Shown: in pieces, positions 36,743-51,017 of the stretch
Layout: every line of letters begins with the position of its first letter
Numbering within the stretch: position 1 is the stretch's first letter
Program-made: the position numbers and the translations under genes
Assembly (NCBI RefSeq): GCF_963853765.1
Contig: NC_088861.1
Coordinates: 16,244,001-16,308,000 of the forward strand
Origin: Magallana gigas
Lineage: Eukaryota
Reading direction: 5' to 3'
DNA: 64,000 nt
The notes under the pieces: model-generated
Told to the model about the DNA's origin: nothing
Database searches by the model: none
What the model saw: only the letters and a program-made list of their open reading frames with translations

Positions 36743-39700
36743 ATGATGCTTAAAGATTGTATTCGTCAACTTTTCTTATTAATTATACTGTATGGGGGAC
36801 TACATGTAATACCCACGGTAAGACTTTTTGCATAAAATATCTTGCACAAAAAATCCCTTTTTAATAGAATGTTTTTATTAAATATGTGTAGATAATGTTG
36901 TTGTTGATGTGGGAGTTCAAAATTATTTAGGCTTTAGGATGCGAACCCTGTCAGTTTTCTGTTTTTACTGAAACGGTAGTTGACACTTGTCCTGAGACAC
37001 AAGACGAATTAATCAAAAGGAAAGCGGAGAAAAAATGCGAAATATGGGCAAAACTTCAAAATTGCACAGAGCCAGAGAGGTTTAAGTATCACTGTGCTAT
37101 GAATGAGCACGAGAACAAACTGATTGAAGTTTGTGCAAAAGAACACCGTATTAACGGTAGGTTGTTTAAATTCATAGTACATTTGTAGACATCTAACTAC
37201 ATTACTCATTATTTATGTACTGTTATTAAAATAATTTATTGGAAATAATAATCGATGAAAACTGTATACGCTCAAAATTGAGAAACACAAATTTTTCATT
37301 GTGAGGCTATACACATATGACATTTAACTGTACTGATTCATTCAAACTGACATTTTTACCACCTGGTTTTTACAATTAGCAGTTGTGAGAGTATATAGTG
37401 CCTTTGCTGTAAACATTGATATAAGATAAAAATAAGGTTACACTGAGAATACCATTATTGAATAAGTTCAGGTATTTAATATGAAAAGCAAATCTTTCAA
37501 ATGTTGTTGTTATAATTTTATTTGGTCGTTCAAATAGCATTCAAAGTACGGAACTTGTTTACGATCCATGCAAGTTTATTTGGGTTTTACTTTAAGTGTA
37601 AAGAAATATGACCTGTATTTTTATTTTATTTTAATTTGCTACCAAAAAATAGCTTTAGTCTAACAATACTTCTGCGTTTGACTTTAAATTCTAATGATAA
37701 GATTAAAAAGTCATTCATAAAACTTTATTAATAAAATATATAAAAATGTATGAGAACCCGTTATGAACAGGGCGACAATGATATAAATGTTTCTGCAATC
37801 AGGGCTTTTAAGTAACTTTTCCTCACAGAAATACGATTAAAAGGTCAGAAACCATTCTTTTTTGTTATTTCAGTAGAAAATTTCAATTTTAAAACACACA
37901 TTTTCGACATTTAAACTGAAGCTCATGCATGAATTATATACAGTATTTCAAATATTTTGAATCACCAATTGCAATGAAATGAAGAATACATGTAAACTTC
38001 CAAATGTAATGTAGCTCACTCTTAACGTCAAGGTTATACATTAATATTTTATGACCCAACGTCACAAAATGGAGAATTAAATGTTTTGTGAGATTATTTA
38101 TGTTGAATTGATTTGATTGAATATCACCATAGATCAGTGGTTTAAGTATCAAGTTTGTGAACCGCAGATCCTAAGTTCAAATCAACGTGAGGCTGATTAA
38201 GATTTTAGAAAAATCATATTTCCTCCCTTTAATTTTTCCACAATTTCATATTTTAGTATTTTTCTACAGATTTGAATATTTTGTAATATTTTTTTTATAG
38301 AACTAGTTATTCATATTCTCTGTAGTTGCAGTGATTTTTTAATACACTTAAAACATATCTCAATTACCCCCTCCCTCAAATGATTAGGAAACTTTGCCTT
38401 AAGGGTGACCGGTTCTCGTCCGTTCTTATCCAATTTCTAACAAAGCATTTGTATTATGACCGATGATAAATATGTTAACGCTGATATGTATGTAATTTAT
38501 AGTGTTTTTGTTAACAGAATTGTTTTGGGAGTGAAATTAAAAGCATACTAATATATTTGTACAAGAATTACTAATGCGCATTATCTTTCAGGAGGTCGTT
38601 GTACAGAATATAACACATTTGGAAAAACCATACAGGAACATCAGATTTTGAAGTGCAGAACATTTTTACCAAAATGTCCCCCAACCTATCTGTCTTCAGA
38701 AGCCTATTTATGTAAGTTTTAACAATTCCGTTTTGATTTAGTACATGCATCTTTAACAACAGTCATTTTTTGTGTTTATTTCTGTAACCAAAGAGTTTGT
38801 GATGCTGTTTATAACAAAATTTCGAGCAAAGACAAAATGGTGTGATATTTAACATATTTAATTTTCGTAACCTATTCATTGTTCATTGACTGGTCAAAGG
38901 TAATGATTGTTATGACATGGTGAAATTACAAAAGAAAGGATCGTGTTCTACCGAGCCTCAAGACTTCTCCAAAGCAATGAACAATTCGAACAACACCAAT
39001 GAAAGAAAGAACAGCGATTGTAATGAATCATCGGGGTAATTAGCTATTATCTGTTTGTGTGGCATTACGCATCTTTTGATATTAATAACTCATTAATCTA
39101 TTAAATATAAAGTAAATGATATTAGTTATTTGACTGCAATTTCAAAGAAATGTGACTACTACATTGCAAAAGACTTAAAACTAAAAAGCTGACTTAAGCT
39201 ACATGTAAGACTGTAAAATAAGTTAGAATTTTATGCTGTATTTCGCATTCAAGGAAATACTAAATACATAATTCTTTTAGATAAATGTCCTTGTGTGTTG
39301 AAATAATTTAACCTTTGAATAAAAAAAATACATTATTTTATTCTTAATACACTTTACATTTAAAATATTTATCCATCTTATGATATATATGATTGCAGAA
39401 GGGAAATACTTTCAAATGAAAATATAGTAACCGTACTAAATGTTGAAAAATTTTCTCAAATTATATATGAGAATTTTAATTATTAGAAGATGTTAATAAT
39501 TGGCGCGTGTCTCTGCGACTTCTGTATTTTTAAAATCAAATTTGTATCTTTTGCGTTCAAGGAAAGTCGGAATGAACCGTGAGCTTAATCTTTTATTTAT
39601 CCGCTACTGATCAATCTATATATTTTGAGGACCTCTCTTTAAGTGAAATTTGGCCTTCTTTCCTCAACATAATAACACTCAATACCAAGCTGCCTTCTTA

Positions 39701-42334
39701 TCATACTACATGTACTTTCTGTTGTTCTATAAAGTGCAGCGAACTACCGTAACATTTTTGCAATTTGATATATATTTTTTTTTAGATTTTTAAATATTCT
39801 GCCAAACAATTAACCAAAACAACGCAATAACGCAGGAATTATCCATAAAAAAGCATACGGCTAGAATAACAGCAAATTCATTTTTCTTACAATGAATGTA
39901 AAATTTACATGACTAGGTTATCGGTATTTGTCTTTTTATAGATTCAAAATTTTTTCATTTTTATAATTATCTTTTATTTTATTTATATTTTTGGTGCAAA
40001 CCATCCTCTGGTGACACGTTAGTAAAATAAAAATTCTGTTTTTAACACCAGATTTGTATCTGACGGTCATGAAGTAGAATTTGATCCCTGGAGATCGTGA
40101 TTTTTTAAAAAAAAAATACTTCGTAAACTCTTTACACCCTACTCACAGCTTTATCACTCTTTAGTACTATAAGTGTGCTATCAAAAACTGGATTATATTT
40201 GATGGTGCTAAAAGTTTTTTCCATATATAATTTGCAGGAACGGAATAATAGATAATTACAATATTTGTATGTATATTTTAAACCAATTTTGTTCAGATGC
40301 CTAAAATAAAATGATTAAGATCTTAAATACATTGAATTTTCTAACTATCTCTATTCTTTAACAAAATGCAATTTTTTTTAAAATTGTATTTAAAATAATT
40401 TTGTTGTTAACAGTTTGACACGTTTTTTTTATATTATTCAATGTTTTATATTTTATTGTAAAACAACAGTTGTATATTGATGAAAATATAGCACGGATTT
40501 ATGTTTTACAGATGCAGATGCGATTTTAAAGTCCATGTAATTGTTATAATTGTTGCTAGTGTTGAGTTTGTCATCATCATTTTCATGATCATAAGATCAC
40601 CAATACAGAGAGCACGAAAACAGAGACGAAAGCAGAGTAAGCAGAAATTTTAAAAATAACTTTAAGTTTAGAATGTTCTATTTTTAAAGGTACGTTTTTC
40701 CAATGTCTATTATTAGTGTTAGCCTTCACTTTGCTGTGGTGTACAACAGCCCGTTAATGTTATATTTACAGATTTTTCATTCTTCCATGATAAACATTTT
40801 AGCATGAAATTTGTAACTTACATTTTTAATATTTCCCTAACATTGTCTTTAAAATTTACTAAGTAAACATTCTCCGTGTTACAGTTTTTAAAAACCGAAA
40901 ATGAACAAAAATTTAAAAAAGTGTTAAATATAATTTAGAAGGACGACAAAAATGGGGTACGTTTTTTAAACAGTAACAAAAATACATGTAATTATAAGAT
41001 GAAGCAACATCTTGTAACTTTTAACAAAATGCACGATTATTAACTCTCTAGAAAGTAAATATGCATATCAAGTTGCCGATTATTTACAAAAATAGAGCGG
41101 ACAAAACCTTATGTCAAGGAATATTTGACCATTAATCGTATGAATTATCCTTCTGATTTTCAATTCTTTTTTTCATGTCACGAGTAGTTTTAACACTGTG
41201 GCTGATAATTATGCCAGTGCCGAAGTGGTACGTTTGCACCCGTCTAAGGAGCATGTTTCTAAACGTTCGAATATGTTATGATAGACCATTGCTTTAAAAT
41301 TTTCATAACCACTATTTGTTATTAAAAACCCTAATCCATCAGGTAAGATAGTTACCATTAAACTATGAATTTTCTACGAGAAAATAATTACCCCACAGAG
41401 AAACTTTCCTATACGATGTTGAGAATATCACAACAAATAAAAGAACTTCACGTAGGAATTTAAATTCCGATAGGATTTGGAAAAGACATGGGATATTGAA
41501 ATCTGATAATAAATCTTCATTCCCTATTGGAACCAATCCCCCACGGTCTGAAATAAATTCCTGTATGAAACATTTTTATCATATAAAAAATGTAATTCCC
41601 CTAGGGTTTTAAATTTTTTTCATTCTTTCAGGATTTCAAAATATCATGTAAGATAATTACTTTCCTTTACGAATTATTTTTATACAATTGGATATCAATA
41701 TTTAAAGGTAAATATCTTCCCTGCCAGCTGAGAACACTATACACAAAAGTGTTATGTACTTTTTATAATCTGTTGGCAATAATCTATTTGGTATAAATAG
41801 TTTATAACATAACTGCATCTAACGCGGGAGGAAATATGCCACCTTGACACTGGCATATGCAGTGTTTTTTACCTTTTAACTTTGATAAGTAGTTTTTAGA
41901 TAGCTGATATTAATATTGAGCCAGCAATTACTTTTAATAATCTCAGATTTGTAAGACCAAATTTTATTCATCCGACCAGATGACACAATAGGGAGAAATT
42001 AGTATAAATGCATTTCGAAGAAAATAATTATGCAAATGCACTTGTAGGGAATATCCAATTGAACAATAAATAAACCAAACTAAAATCCATGTGCACATTC
42101 TAACGATGCTCTTTCAGAACGTTGATGTTATGTTGTGTTCCACTATCATCATACATGCACAAATCACGTACTATTTAGTAAATAATGAAATAACAGAATC
42201 GCCTGCAGGATGCCATATATTTATTATTCTTTTATGGATTTTACTTTATCATTATTTTTAGACCAGGACGAAAAATGGAAAATGGAGATGAAGAATCTAA
42301 CTTGAAGTTATCAGTGGCAGAAAACTCACCTTGA
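36743..42334 (+). CDS. Uncharacterised Cys-rich type I membrane protein (oyster-type family), copy A, ~245 aa
   Basis: Exons 36743-36817 (signal peptide), 36931-37156, 38592-38711, 38900-39035, 40512-40636 (TM VHVIVIIVASVEFVIIIFMII) are phase-consistent. Last coding exon 42262-42350; its frame is uncertain. Motifs KYHCAMNE..IEVCA and GRCTEYNTFGKTIQ. Confidence 0.75.
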
Positions 42335-43046
42335 TTTTCACTCTAATAAGGTAAGATTTTTTTAAAATTCAATTTGAAAATGATATAAATATATGAACTT
42401 TTTTTTTATTCCATTAAAGTATTGCAAAGATATATTTCGTTAATGTAATACGTATTAGCATGTTTTGTTTACTTTTTTACTTACGGCATAAAGTGTTCAT
42501 GCATTTCCCATCGACTGGAAGAGTCATTTTTTACTCGAGCCATTCTGTACAAGTCATGTGCAGATTTTCTTTTTTTAAATTACATTGTGTTAAACATTTC
42601 AAAAATAAAGCATGATGACCATCAATCAATTAAACAGAAAACTATTTAACATATAAAAGTATTGTTTTACACATCATAACCAGCTTTATTTTAAGCTTTT
42701 CCTCAACCTCACATATATAATTTATAATACGCACGTTCTCTTGAGAAACATTGTAATTGTATTACAGAAACAGGCTACGCCTTTTAAAAAATTAATTAAA
42801 ATCATATTTGTATATCTAATTTCTGCTTACTATTTTTACTGCAACAGTTTCTTCATTAAGATCTTCCATTAAGGTATACATCTCCCCCATTTTTGAAGTT
42901 AATAAAAAGTCTTCATCTACATATCCATAAAACTACTGCAGTTTGTCGGTGCCCTTTGATTTTCTTTATGATTTAATTTTGGAAAATATTTCAAAATGAT
43001 TTGAGATAGAATCTCGTGATTTTCAATGTATATAGATATTCATTAA

Positions 43047-44219
43047 GGTGGCTCTATACACCCACAGTTTATTCCAATTTTCAATAGAAGACCACAAAGC
43101 ATATCCTTATCAAATATTAAAATCATGATAGGGATACTTTAGGTATTTTTAAAGAATTGTAAAAAATGTTTTTTCGTGTTTTTGTAAAATATTTTTTTAA
43201 AAAGACAGCTATTAACAAATTGAGAAAATTATTTTTGTCATATGATGGATATTTCCTTCGGACACATAAACAAATTATAACACTTCTTAACATTCAAAAA
43301 TGTTATTATTGCAATTTTTTTTAGTATTTCCCCAAAACTTTCATATTTTCTTACTCTGTTGACAAATCATCTGAAAAAGTTGCTTAATTTTATAAGAAAA
43401 TGTATTTTAATAAATATGATAGAAAAAAAAAATGAATGAAAATCATTGCAAATAAACACAAAAATATTTTAGATTTTATTTTGGTAAGGGTTATCGTTCC
43501 TAAGGTCCAAGGCCCAAACACCTTAGGGACTTTTCATTTCTGAGTTGAAGAAAATTTCCTAAATATCACGATGGAATGATACATGTAAATACATACATAC
43601 ATGTACTTCATTATAGGCCTGTATAAGTGAATATATTCGCTTTAATGCAAAACTAAATAAAGGGGAAAATTGACAAGGCTAATAGGATTTATGTATCCCA
43701 ACCTGAGAGAAATTCAAAGCAACCCTTCCATCCCCTTAAGGTGCCGATATTAATGTGCATTAAAGTATATTATAATTGCAATATTTTCACCGGTTTGGAA
43801 TTTTCTTTCACTGTATTCAAATAAAAAATACGTTTTAGAAAATTTTGGAAAGTTAAAAAATTGTTTGTTCTCAAAGGGATTTGAACTCATGACCTACAAG
43901 TTTGTAGGGTACCCACAAAACCACTGCGCTATCGTGTAACATGTCCGAAATGGGAAAGAAACTATTCAAAAAATTATTGTTGATTTTATTGTTTATTTCG
44001 ATAAATAATACCACACAACGTGAAGGTATCACATACCACATTACTTGTAAGTAATGAATTTTCCAATTATCAAATTAAATCTATTCATTTAACAAATTTT
44101 TCAAAAGAGCGGTCCCCATACAATTCGCCTCAGTTTAAATCAGCAAGTACCGGAATTGCCTGCTTCCAGATTGAATTTTTTGCGTACTGCGTCATCAAAA
44201 AGTGGTGTATAGAGCCACC
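43047..44219. mobile_element. 1173-bp Kolobok-like non-autonomous DNA transposon
   Basis: Perfect 16-bp TIR GGTGGCTCTATACACC with TTAA TSD (43043-43046, 44220-44223). RR termini plus TTAA fit Kolobok rather than piggyBac (CC termini). Confidence 0.8.
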
Positions 44220-47200
44220 TTAAGAAGGATGTAATCGAAATAGTCAGTTTTGGTCGTCATCGAAGTCCATTTTAAAGGACGAACTTCAGCGTTGATTGGC
44301 GACCAGGGTTTAATACCAAAAATTATACTCTCTCCAAATACTTTATTTTTCATTTTCTTCTTTCAATTTAAACAGAAACCTCTATAACAAAAAGAATAAT
44401 TCTAACATTTTTTTTTTACAAACATTGCTCTTTTTCTCTTATTATTGAAACCGTTCTTCTTTTTAATTGGATTCCTCATAATTGTTTCAACATTCATTAA
44501 TGTCATATAGTAAGGTCAAAGAGTTTACACAACTCTAAAGTTTTAATGCTGAAGCAAGTTTACAAAATACACTTGGCCATTATGCAACAAACAAAATTTA
44601 ATATTTTAAGTTCTTTGGGTATTTATGGTATGATATTGAATACTCGTGAATAAAAATGGTAGGACTGTAGCAGCGCACTTTGAAAAAAAAAAATAAGCAC
44701 GTTGAAAAAAAATCAAAGTGCGTTAAAATTGGAACCAAGTCATTGTACTTTGAAAATAAAATAAGAGTGCGTTATGATTATGAGTGAACGCCATCATTTT
44801 CATTATTAATGCAAAATCGGTATGTTTCTTTGCACAAAGTCGCTTATTATATAATGAATCATTTCATTTAAAAGACACTCAAATGTACAGCCATCAGCTC
44901 AACACCACAAAGGGTATGCACTTTTTGCACAGGTTTTGAATAAAATGTGTAATTCCTCGTCATCATATTTGATCATAAGCTAATATTGAATTAAAGCAGT
45001 TTGAAATGTAGGATCATAGAAATAGGATGTATAAATTGGTATGGGACACCTGTCGATGTTAATGTTGTTTAAAGTACATAATTTTTTCAAATTCTACTAG
45101 ATGTGACTCACTGCTTTCCACACAAGCTTAGTAATATTCAATTTCCATCCTAACCTCCTTTATCCAAAAAGCCACACGAACTCAAGGATAGATCGAAGAA
45201 ATTGTCATTCATTAAAATTAAAGACAGCAAGTTATAAAAGATAAACAAATCACTAAAGAGGGAATCACTCTTACACAACCTATCACTTATTCATTGATCT
45301 CCTCAGTGTATTAAATTACATTCATATTCAAATTAAACATTCCAGTATCAAAGTAATAACATAATAAAGGACATGTATCGAAACTTATTGTAAAAAAAAC
45401 CCTGGGAATATGGTCAATTGGCCTTTTAAATAATAGCAACTTTAAATAAATAATAGTTTGAAATGTCCTCTTGGTGCGGCTAAAGGTACATGTAATACAG
45501 TTAAAGAATACTACATGAAATGATAAAAACGTCATCGGCAACGCTATTTTGTTTTATATGTGTTTTTGCAACTTACCACAGTTTCTTGTGTACGATCATG
45601 AATGATGATAATGATAGAAAAATTGTTTTCATGTTTGTTTGATGTTTTTGTTCATAGATTCAACAGATTATATCCTAGAGTGATCACAGATTTACCAGTA
45701 GTGTCTACTTTGTCCTCTTTTTTTGCTACACCTTTTTATTTTATGCGTGTTTTAAAGTATCAGAAAATGTATATACAATCTTTGGTTGAAATGGTTTAAA
45801 GAATAATATTTCATTTTTTGTTGTATGATTTTTAAAGAAATCTGATCGTACATGTATAATAAGTTATAATATACCAACACACGCAGTAATTTCAACAGAA
45901 ATAAAATCCATAATCTTTGTGTAATCGAAATAATGAATGTGATTTAATTTATTTCATTTTATTTCTATGTTACCTAAGCTATAGCGAGTTACACATCGTA
46001 ACTAAAATAACAACATGATTTTAATATATGAAATTCGATAATATACAGTTATTAACAACCGTTTAAACGAACGATCAAAATTTGATATGGTAGAATTGAA
46101 TTTTGCTCCCTAGTTCATTAACATATTCACTTGTGTGAAATGCTCACTTTATATTTTGTGTTTTCGATGCACAGTGTGGTATGCAGGAGCTTTTATACAC
46201 GCGAGGGGTGATTCAAAATAAAATGTCACTAAACGTATAGAGCTACTCATTGATGCTAGAAATAGAATTTGATTTTCAAAACTTACTAGATAATTTCACG
46301 AAACATGATTTGCTTTAATTATCTGTATTTAAGTAGAATAAAAGCAGTGTACACTTTTTTTTTTTACATATAAAATGTTTTTGAACTGACGTCTTGTTTG
46401 ACTTTCGTCATTTTAGAATGAACTATACCAAAAAAAAATGGTCGATCATACTAAATGTATTTTAGCATTGATTTTGGTAGAAATCATCAAAACTTATATA
46501 TCAATCAAAAAATGAGAGAGAAAGCGAATACAAGGCTTAAAATTTGAATTTAATATTTTATGAAAGCCAAACTTTTGTACATAAGGTAAATTTCCGTAAA
46601 AACATACGGTTAAAGAACGTTGTAAGGCCTAATTTCTGACTTTATGGATCTAAAAATCCAAAATCTGATAATTACACTAACCTTCACGAAAAGTGCAATT
46701 GTTTATTCAGAAAGGTGAAACAAATGATGTAAGAAAAACGAAAAAAAAAATTAGAAAACCACGGCCAATTATTAAAAAAAAATCACTTCTATTATGGACA
46801 TAAAATAAATTCAACAATAATATTTAACCTAAAAAGTATCTGTTGCAGAAAAGTTTTAATCTGTAATCATATTTTATAGTCTGAGTATCTGTCGCATGAA
46901 AAGAATTTTCATTACTTTATCGCGTCTGTATTTTTTTTTTTACTAAAATGTTTAAATCTCATCTACTAACATTTTTTTTCTTTTTTTTTTTTTTTTTAGT
47001 TTGCCTTCCATATTAAGTTGTTCACATTGTGTATTCATTTCTTTTAAAAAAAAAACCATGTGAAAAAAAAATCCCACAGAAAAGGCTTCCCTGTGATGCA
47101 TTGTATATTGTTTTTTTGTACACAATTTATAGCATTTAGAGTATTGGAATCATATAATTCATATTAAACATATGTTATATCTGCTTCAACATAAGATTAA

Positions 47201-48109
47201 GATTTTATAATTTGAGTAATGATAATAGTTAAACAGATGTCACCTATCATATTTCATCTTTTTTCTTAGCTTGATAACTAGACAAGCGGCAATGCTAGGC
47301 AATACATTAATGGATTTTATAACTTTTATTAAAGTTGATGTCCAAATACAATTCATTGTCAGTGTTAAGAAAGTTACAGTATAAGCGAAAATTATGTCAC
47401 AGAGAAAGCAAATGTTTTCAAAACTATATTTGTTAATTCTAAATGCTTCATGTACATGTAAGCGTTAAGTTATGTACAAGCAATTAAACTCTAGTATTAT
47501 AAAAATGATAAAACTGAATATTTATCATTAAAAAGGCCACTTTTTTTAAATTTAAAAACGGTATACTTTGTTTTCATTGTTTTTTTTTTACAATCAAAAA
47601 CGTTTATAAATGTACAAATTATTGAATGAAAAATATGCATTTTTATTTTTGTATGAGATCTTGTGTACAATAAAATAAATTGTAAATTTGATCACTTTTT
47701 TTTTGTTTTCAACAAAACGGGGTAGGAGAAATGTTCTAATACAACTTTAAAAGTAAAACTTTTAAATATACAAATAAAGGCCGTACACGATAAATATTTT
47801 ATGCTGAAATAATTAAATGAAGTCCTATCATGTTTCATAATTTTACAGCTCTGATGTATATTTTCAAATAAATTTGTCTGAAGTACTCATTGTGATTATA
47901 AACAACAAGTAAAATGTACACTTTGAAATTTTCTTTGTGAGTTTAAACCGAGTCTTACATTGAAATTTCTAATAATATAATATTTATTAACATTATTAAT
48001 TTAAAGGTTTATTAACATCAGTTTCAACAAACAGTTCGTAAGAAATTATTTAAATTTATAAATGAGAAGAATTGTTGAACTGCAGTAAAATAAATAATTA
48101 TCCGTATTG

Positions 48110-48219
48110 TTAGCTCAAGTGAGCTATTCTGATCACATTTCGTCCGTCGTCCGTCTGTCCGTCCGTCTGTCCGTCTGTAAACTTTATACATTTTGAACTT
48201 CTTCTCTAAAACCGCTTAT

Positions 48220-48250
<31 letters not shown>

Positions 48251-48520
48251 TTTATGGGAGGGCAAATATAAATTGCAGAAATAAAAGTCCGATCTGTTTT
48301 CAAAGCGGAGAAAACCTTGAAATTGTAGAAAAAGGGGGGTGCATTTTTAAAAATCTTCTTCTCAAGAACTACCGAGGCAAATTCAACGTAGTTTAGCATA
48401 TATTATCCTTATGGGAAGGAAAATATAAATTGCAAAAATTAAGGGGTAACTCTGTTTCAAATCTGACTTATAACGAAAATAATAATAAAGGAAAGGTGTG
48501 TTTCAATCAGTTTAAAAGCT
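48110..48520 (+). mobile_element. 5' part of HINE/Helentron-like non-autonomous element
   Basis: AGCTCAAGTGAGCT stem, (GTCC/GTCT)n at 48141-48178, then ~2 degenerate repeat units containing AAAATCTTCTTCTC; 3' truncated. Confidence 0.75.
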
Positions 48521-48535
48521 TCGGGCTCGGCATCC

Positions 48536-48758
48536 GGTAAAATGGGTAGGCAAGACTTGGCCAGGGCAAAACAAAAGATTGGCAGTTATTAATCTGCCAA
48601 TCTCATTAAAATTTTAGGATATTTGATGGACTAGTATATTTGTATTTGCTGTAAATATTGCTGCAAAATAATGCGTATTTGGAATTAACGATTGTCAATC
48701 TGCCCCGGCTTTTATTTTGCCACGGCCCGGGTTTGCATACCCATTTTACCTAGACTCG
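48536..48758. mobile_element. Small MITE with ~40-bp imperfect TIRs
   Basis: GGTAAAATGGGTAGGCAAGACTTGGCCAGGGCAAAACAAAAG versus reverse complement of the right end GGTAAAATGGGTATGCAAACCCGGGCCGTGGCAAAATAAAAG. Confidence 0.7.
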
Positions 48759-49605
48759 TATTCCATACTTCTAAAACGAGGTTCTTTGTTTAAAGCAGCC
48801 ATGACATTTTACGAAAAAGGGTCGATCTGACTATGATGAATTTGCTTGTTGTGCAACAGATCGCGTATGAAGGGAAATTTTGAAACATGCAAAATATATT
48901 GGTGCCGATTTTGTGAAGTAAATTGAGGCTAAATATTTCAATGCGTTGACAGTTTTCACACATGACGTTGTTGTTCGCTTGTTCTGATTTTCGTTTTGTT
49001 TTCATTATTTATGCTTTGTAACCTGGTAACTATCGTCTGTATTTCGTGATTTTTACGTATTAAATCAAACAGAGACTTCGGTAAATCAAATTAACTGTTT
49101 ACCTGCGCAAATTAAGCAAATTAAGCGAAATCTGATGTAGGGGTAGGTGCTTACTGGAATACAATTCATTCTATCGGTAATTCGGCATTATCTTTTGCGT
49201 AATGATAGATTAATGCAATAGGTTTTGTTGAAATGCTCGGCATTTTCTCGAGTTTATTCAGTTTAAATAGAGTTTGATATCGCTGACGGAAATATGTAGG
49301 TATGTACATGTATATATATGATTCATTTCGAAAAAATAAATTTTGTTTTTTATTTGTTATACATTTAGTGCATGTTTCTTCTGTTTAATTGTTTACAATT
49401 TCTATTTACTTACCATATTTGAGTGTTAAGCTTCGAATTATAAGCAAGATACAGAGATTTGCTCACAATTTTATGTTTGTACACAGATCTTAAAAACTAA
49501 AGATTAAAAAAGTAAAAAAAAAATGCCAATATTTATTAAGAAAATTTTCAAAGTCTGTTCTTCCATAAACCATCTTTAACAACTGATTGTATTGTAAACT
49601 TAACC

Positions 49606-51017
49606 TTTTTAGCTCACCTGAGGGTGGGGCCACAATGGGGGGTCGAAGTTTAACAAATGAATATATAGAGTAAATCTTTAAAAATCTTCTTCTCAGTTAC
49701 TAATCAGCCAGGAAAGCTAAAACTTGTGTGAAAGCATCATCAGGTAATGTAGATTCAAATTTGTGAAAATCATGACCCCCGGGGGTAGGGTGGGGCCACA
49801 ATGGGAGATCAAGGTTTAACATAGGGATATATATAGAGTTAATCTTTAAAAATCTTCTTCTCAGAAACTAATCGGCCAGGAAAGCTGACACTAAAGTGGA
49901 AGCATCCTGAGGTAGTGTAGATTCAAAATTGTGAAAATCATGACCCCCGGGGCAGGTTGGGGCCACAATGGGGGGTCGAAGTTTAACATATGAATATATA
50001 AAGTAAATCTTTAAAAATCTTCTTCTCAGAAACTAATCGGCCAGGAAAGCTGACACTTGTGTGGATGCATCCTCAGGTAGTGTAAACTCAAGTTGTGAAA
50101 ATCATGACCCCCGGGGGAAGGATGGGGCCACAATGGGGGATCGAAGTTTAACGAAGGAATATAGAGTAAATCTTTTAAAAATCTTCTTCTCATTAACTAA
50201 TTAGCCGGCAAATCTGAAACTTGTGTGGAAGCATCCTCAGGTAGTGTAGATTCAAAGTTGTTTTAAAGTCGTGAAAATAATAACCCCTGGGGGTAGGGTG
50301 GGGCCACAATGGGGGGTCGAAGTTTAACATATGATTATATAGAGTAAATCTTTAAAAATCTTCTTCTCAGAAACAAATCATCCAGGAAAGCTGAAACTTG
50401 TGTGGAAGCTTCCTCAGGTAGTGTAGATTCAAATTTGTGAAAATGATAACCCTGGGACGTAGGTTTGGGTCACAATGGAAGGTCGAAGTTTTACATAGGA
50501 ATAAACAGAGTTAATTTTTAAAAATCTTCTTCTCAGAAACTAATCAGTCAGGAAAGCTGAAACTTGTGTGAAAGCATCCTCAGGTAGTGTAGATTCAAAG
50601 TTGTGAAAAGCATGATCCCTAGGGGTAGGGTGGGGCCACAATGGGGCCAAAGCTTAACAAAGGAATATGTAGGGTAAATCTTTAAAAATCTTCTCGGAAA
50701 CTAATCAGCCAGATGATTCTTTATAATTGTTAAGACTTTGGCCCCAGGATAATTCTTTGGCCTCACGAGAAGATTCAGAGGTTATTGTACGTTTATATCC
50801 CATATATAAACTATTGATAAGGATCTTTTTGAGAACTGCAATACTCAACATACGATATGACTTTAAAATCATCCTGTTAGAAAAGGGACTAATAATTATA
50901 AACATTAGAATATCCAGGGGAAAATGGATTTATACAGGATCTACGTGTATTATTGTACATTGTCCAGATAGTTTGCATTATGACTCCATTAAGCTGATTT
51001 TATCATACCTATTGTTC

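Noticed and set aside
38794-38839. Alternative exon 4 for copy A
   Set aside because: Every AG in 38790-38830 gives an immediate or near stop from the phase-1 donor at 38711; only 38900 keeps the frame and yields DCYDMV.
49623-50712. Regular repeat array as a possible CRISPR
   Set aside because: Whole ~166-bp units repeat with no unique spacers and no cas genes; eukaryotic satellite.
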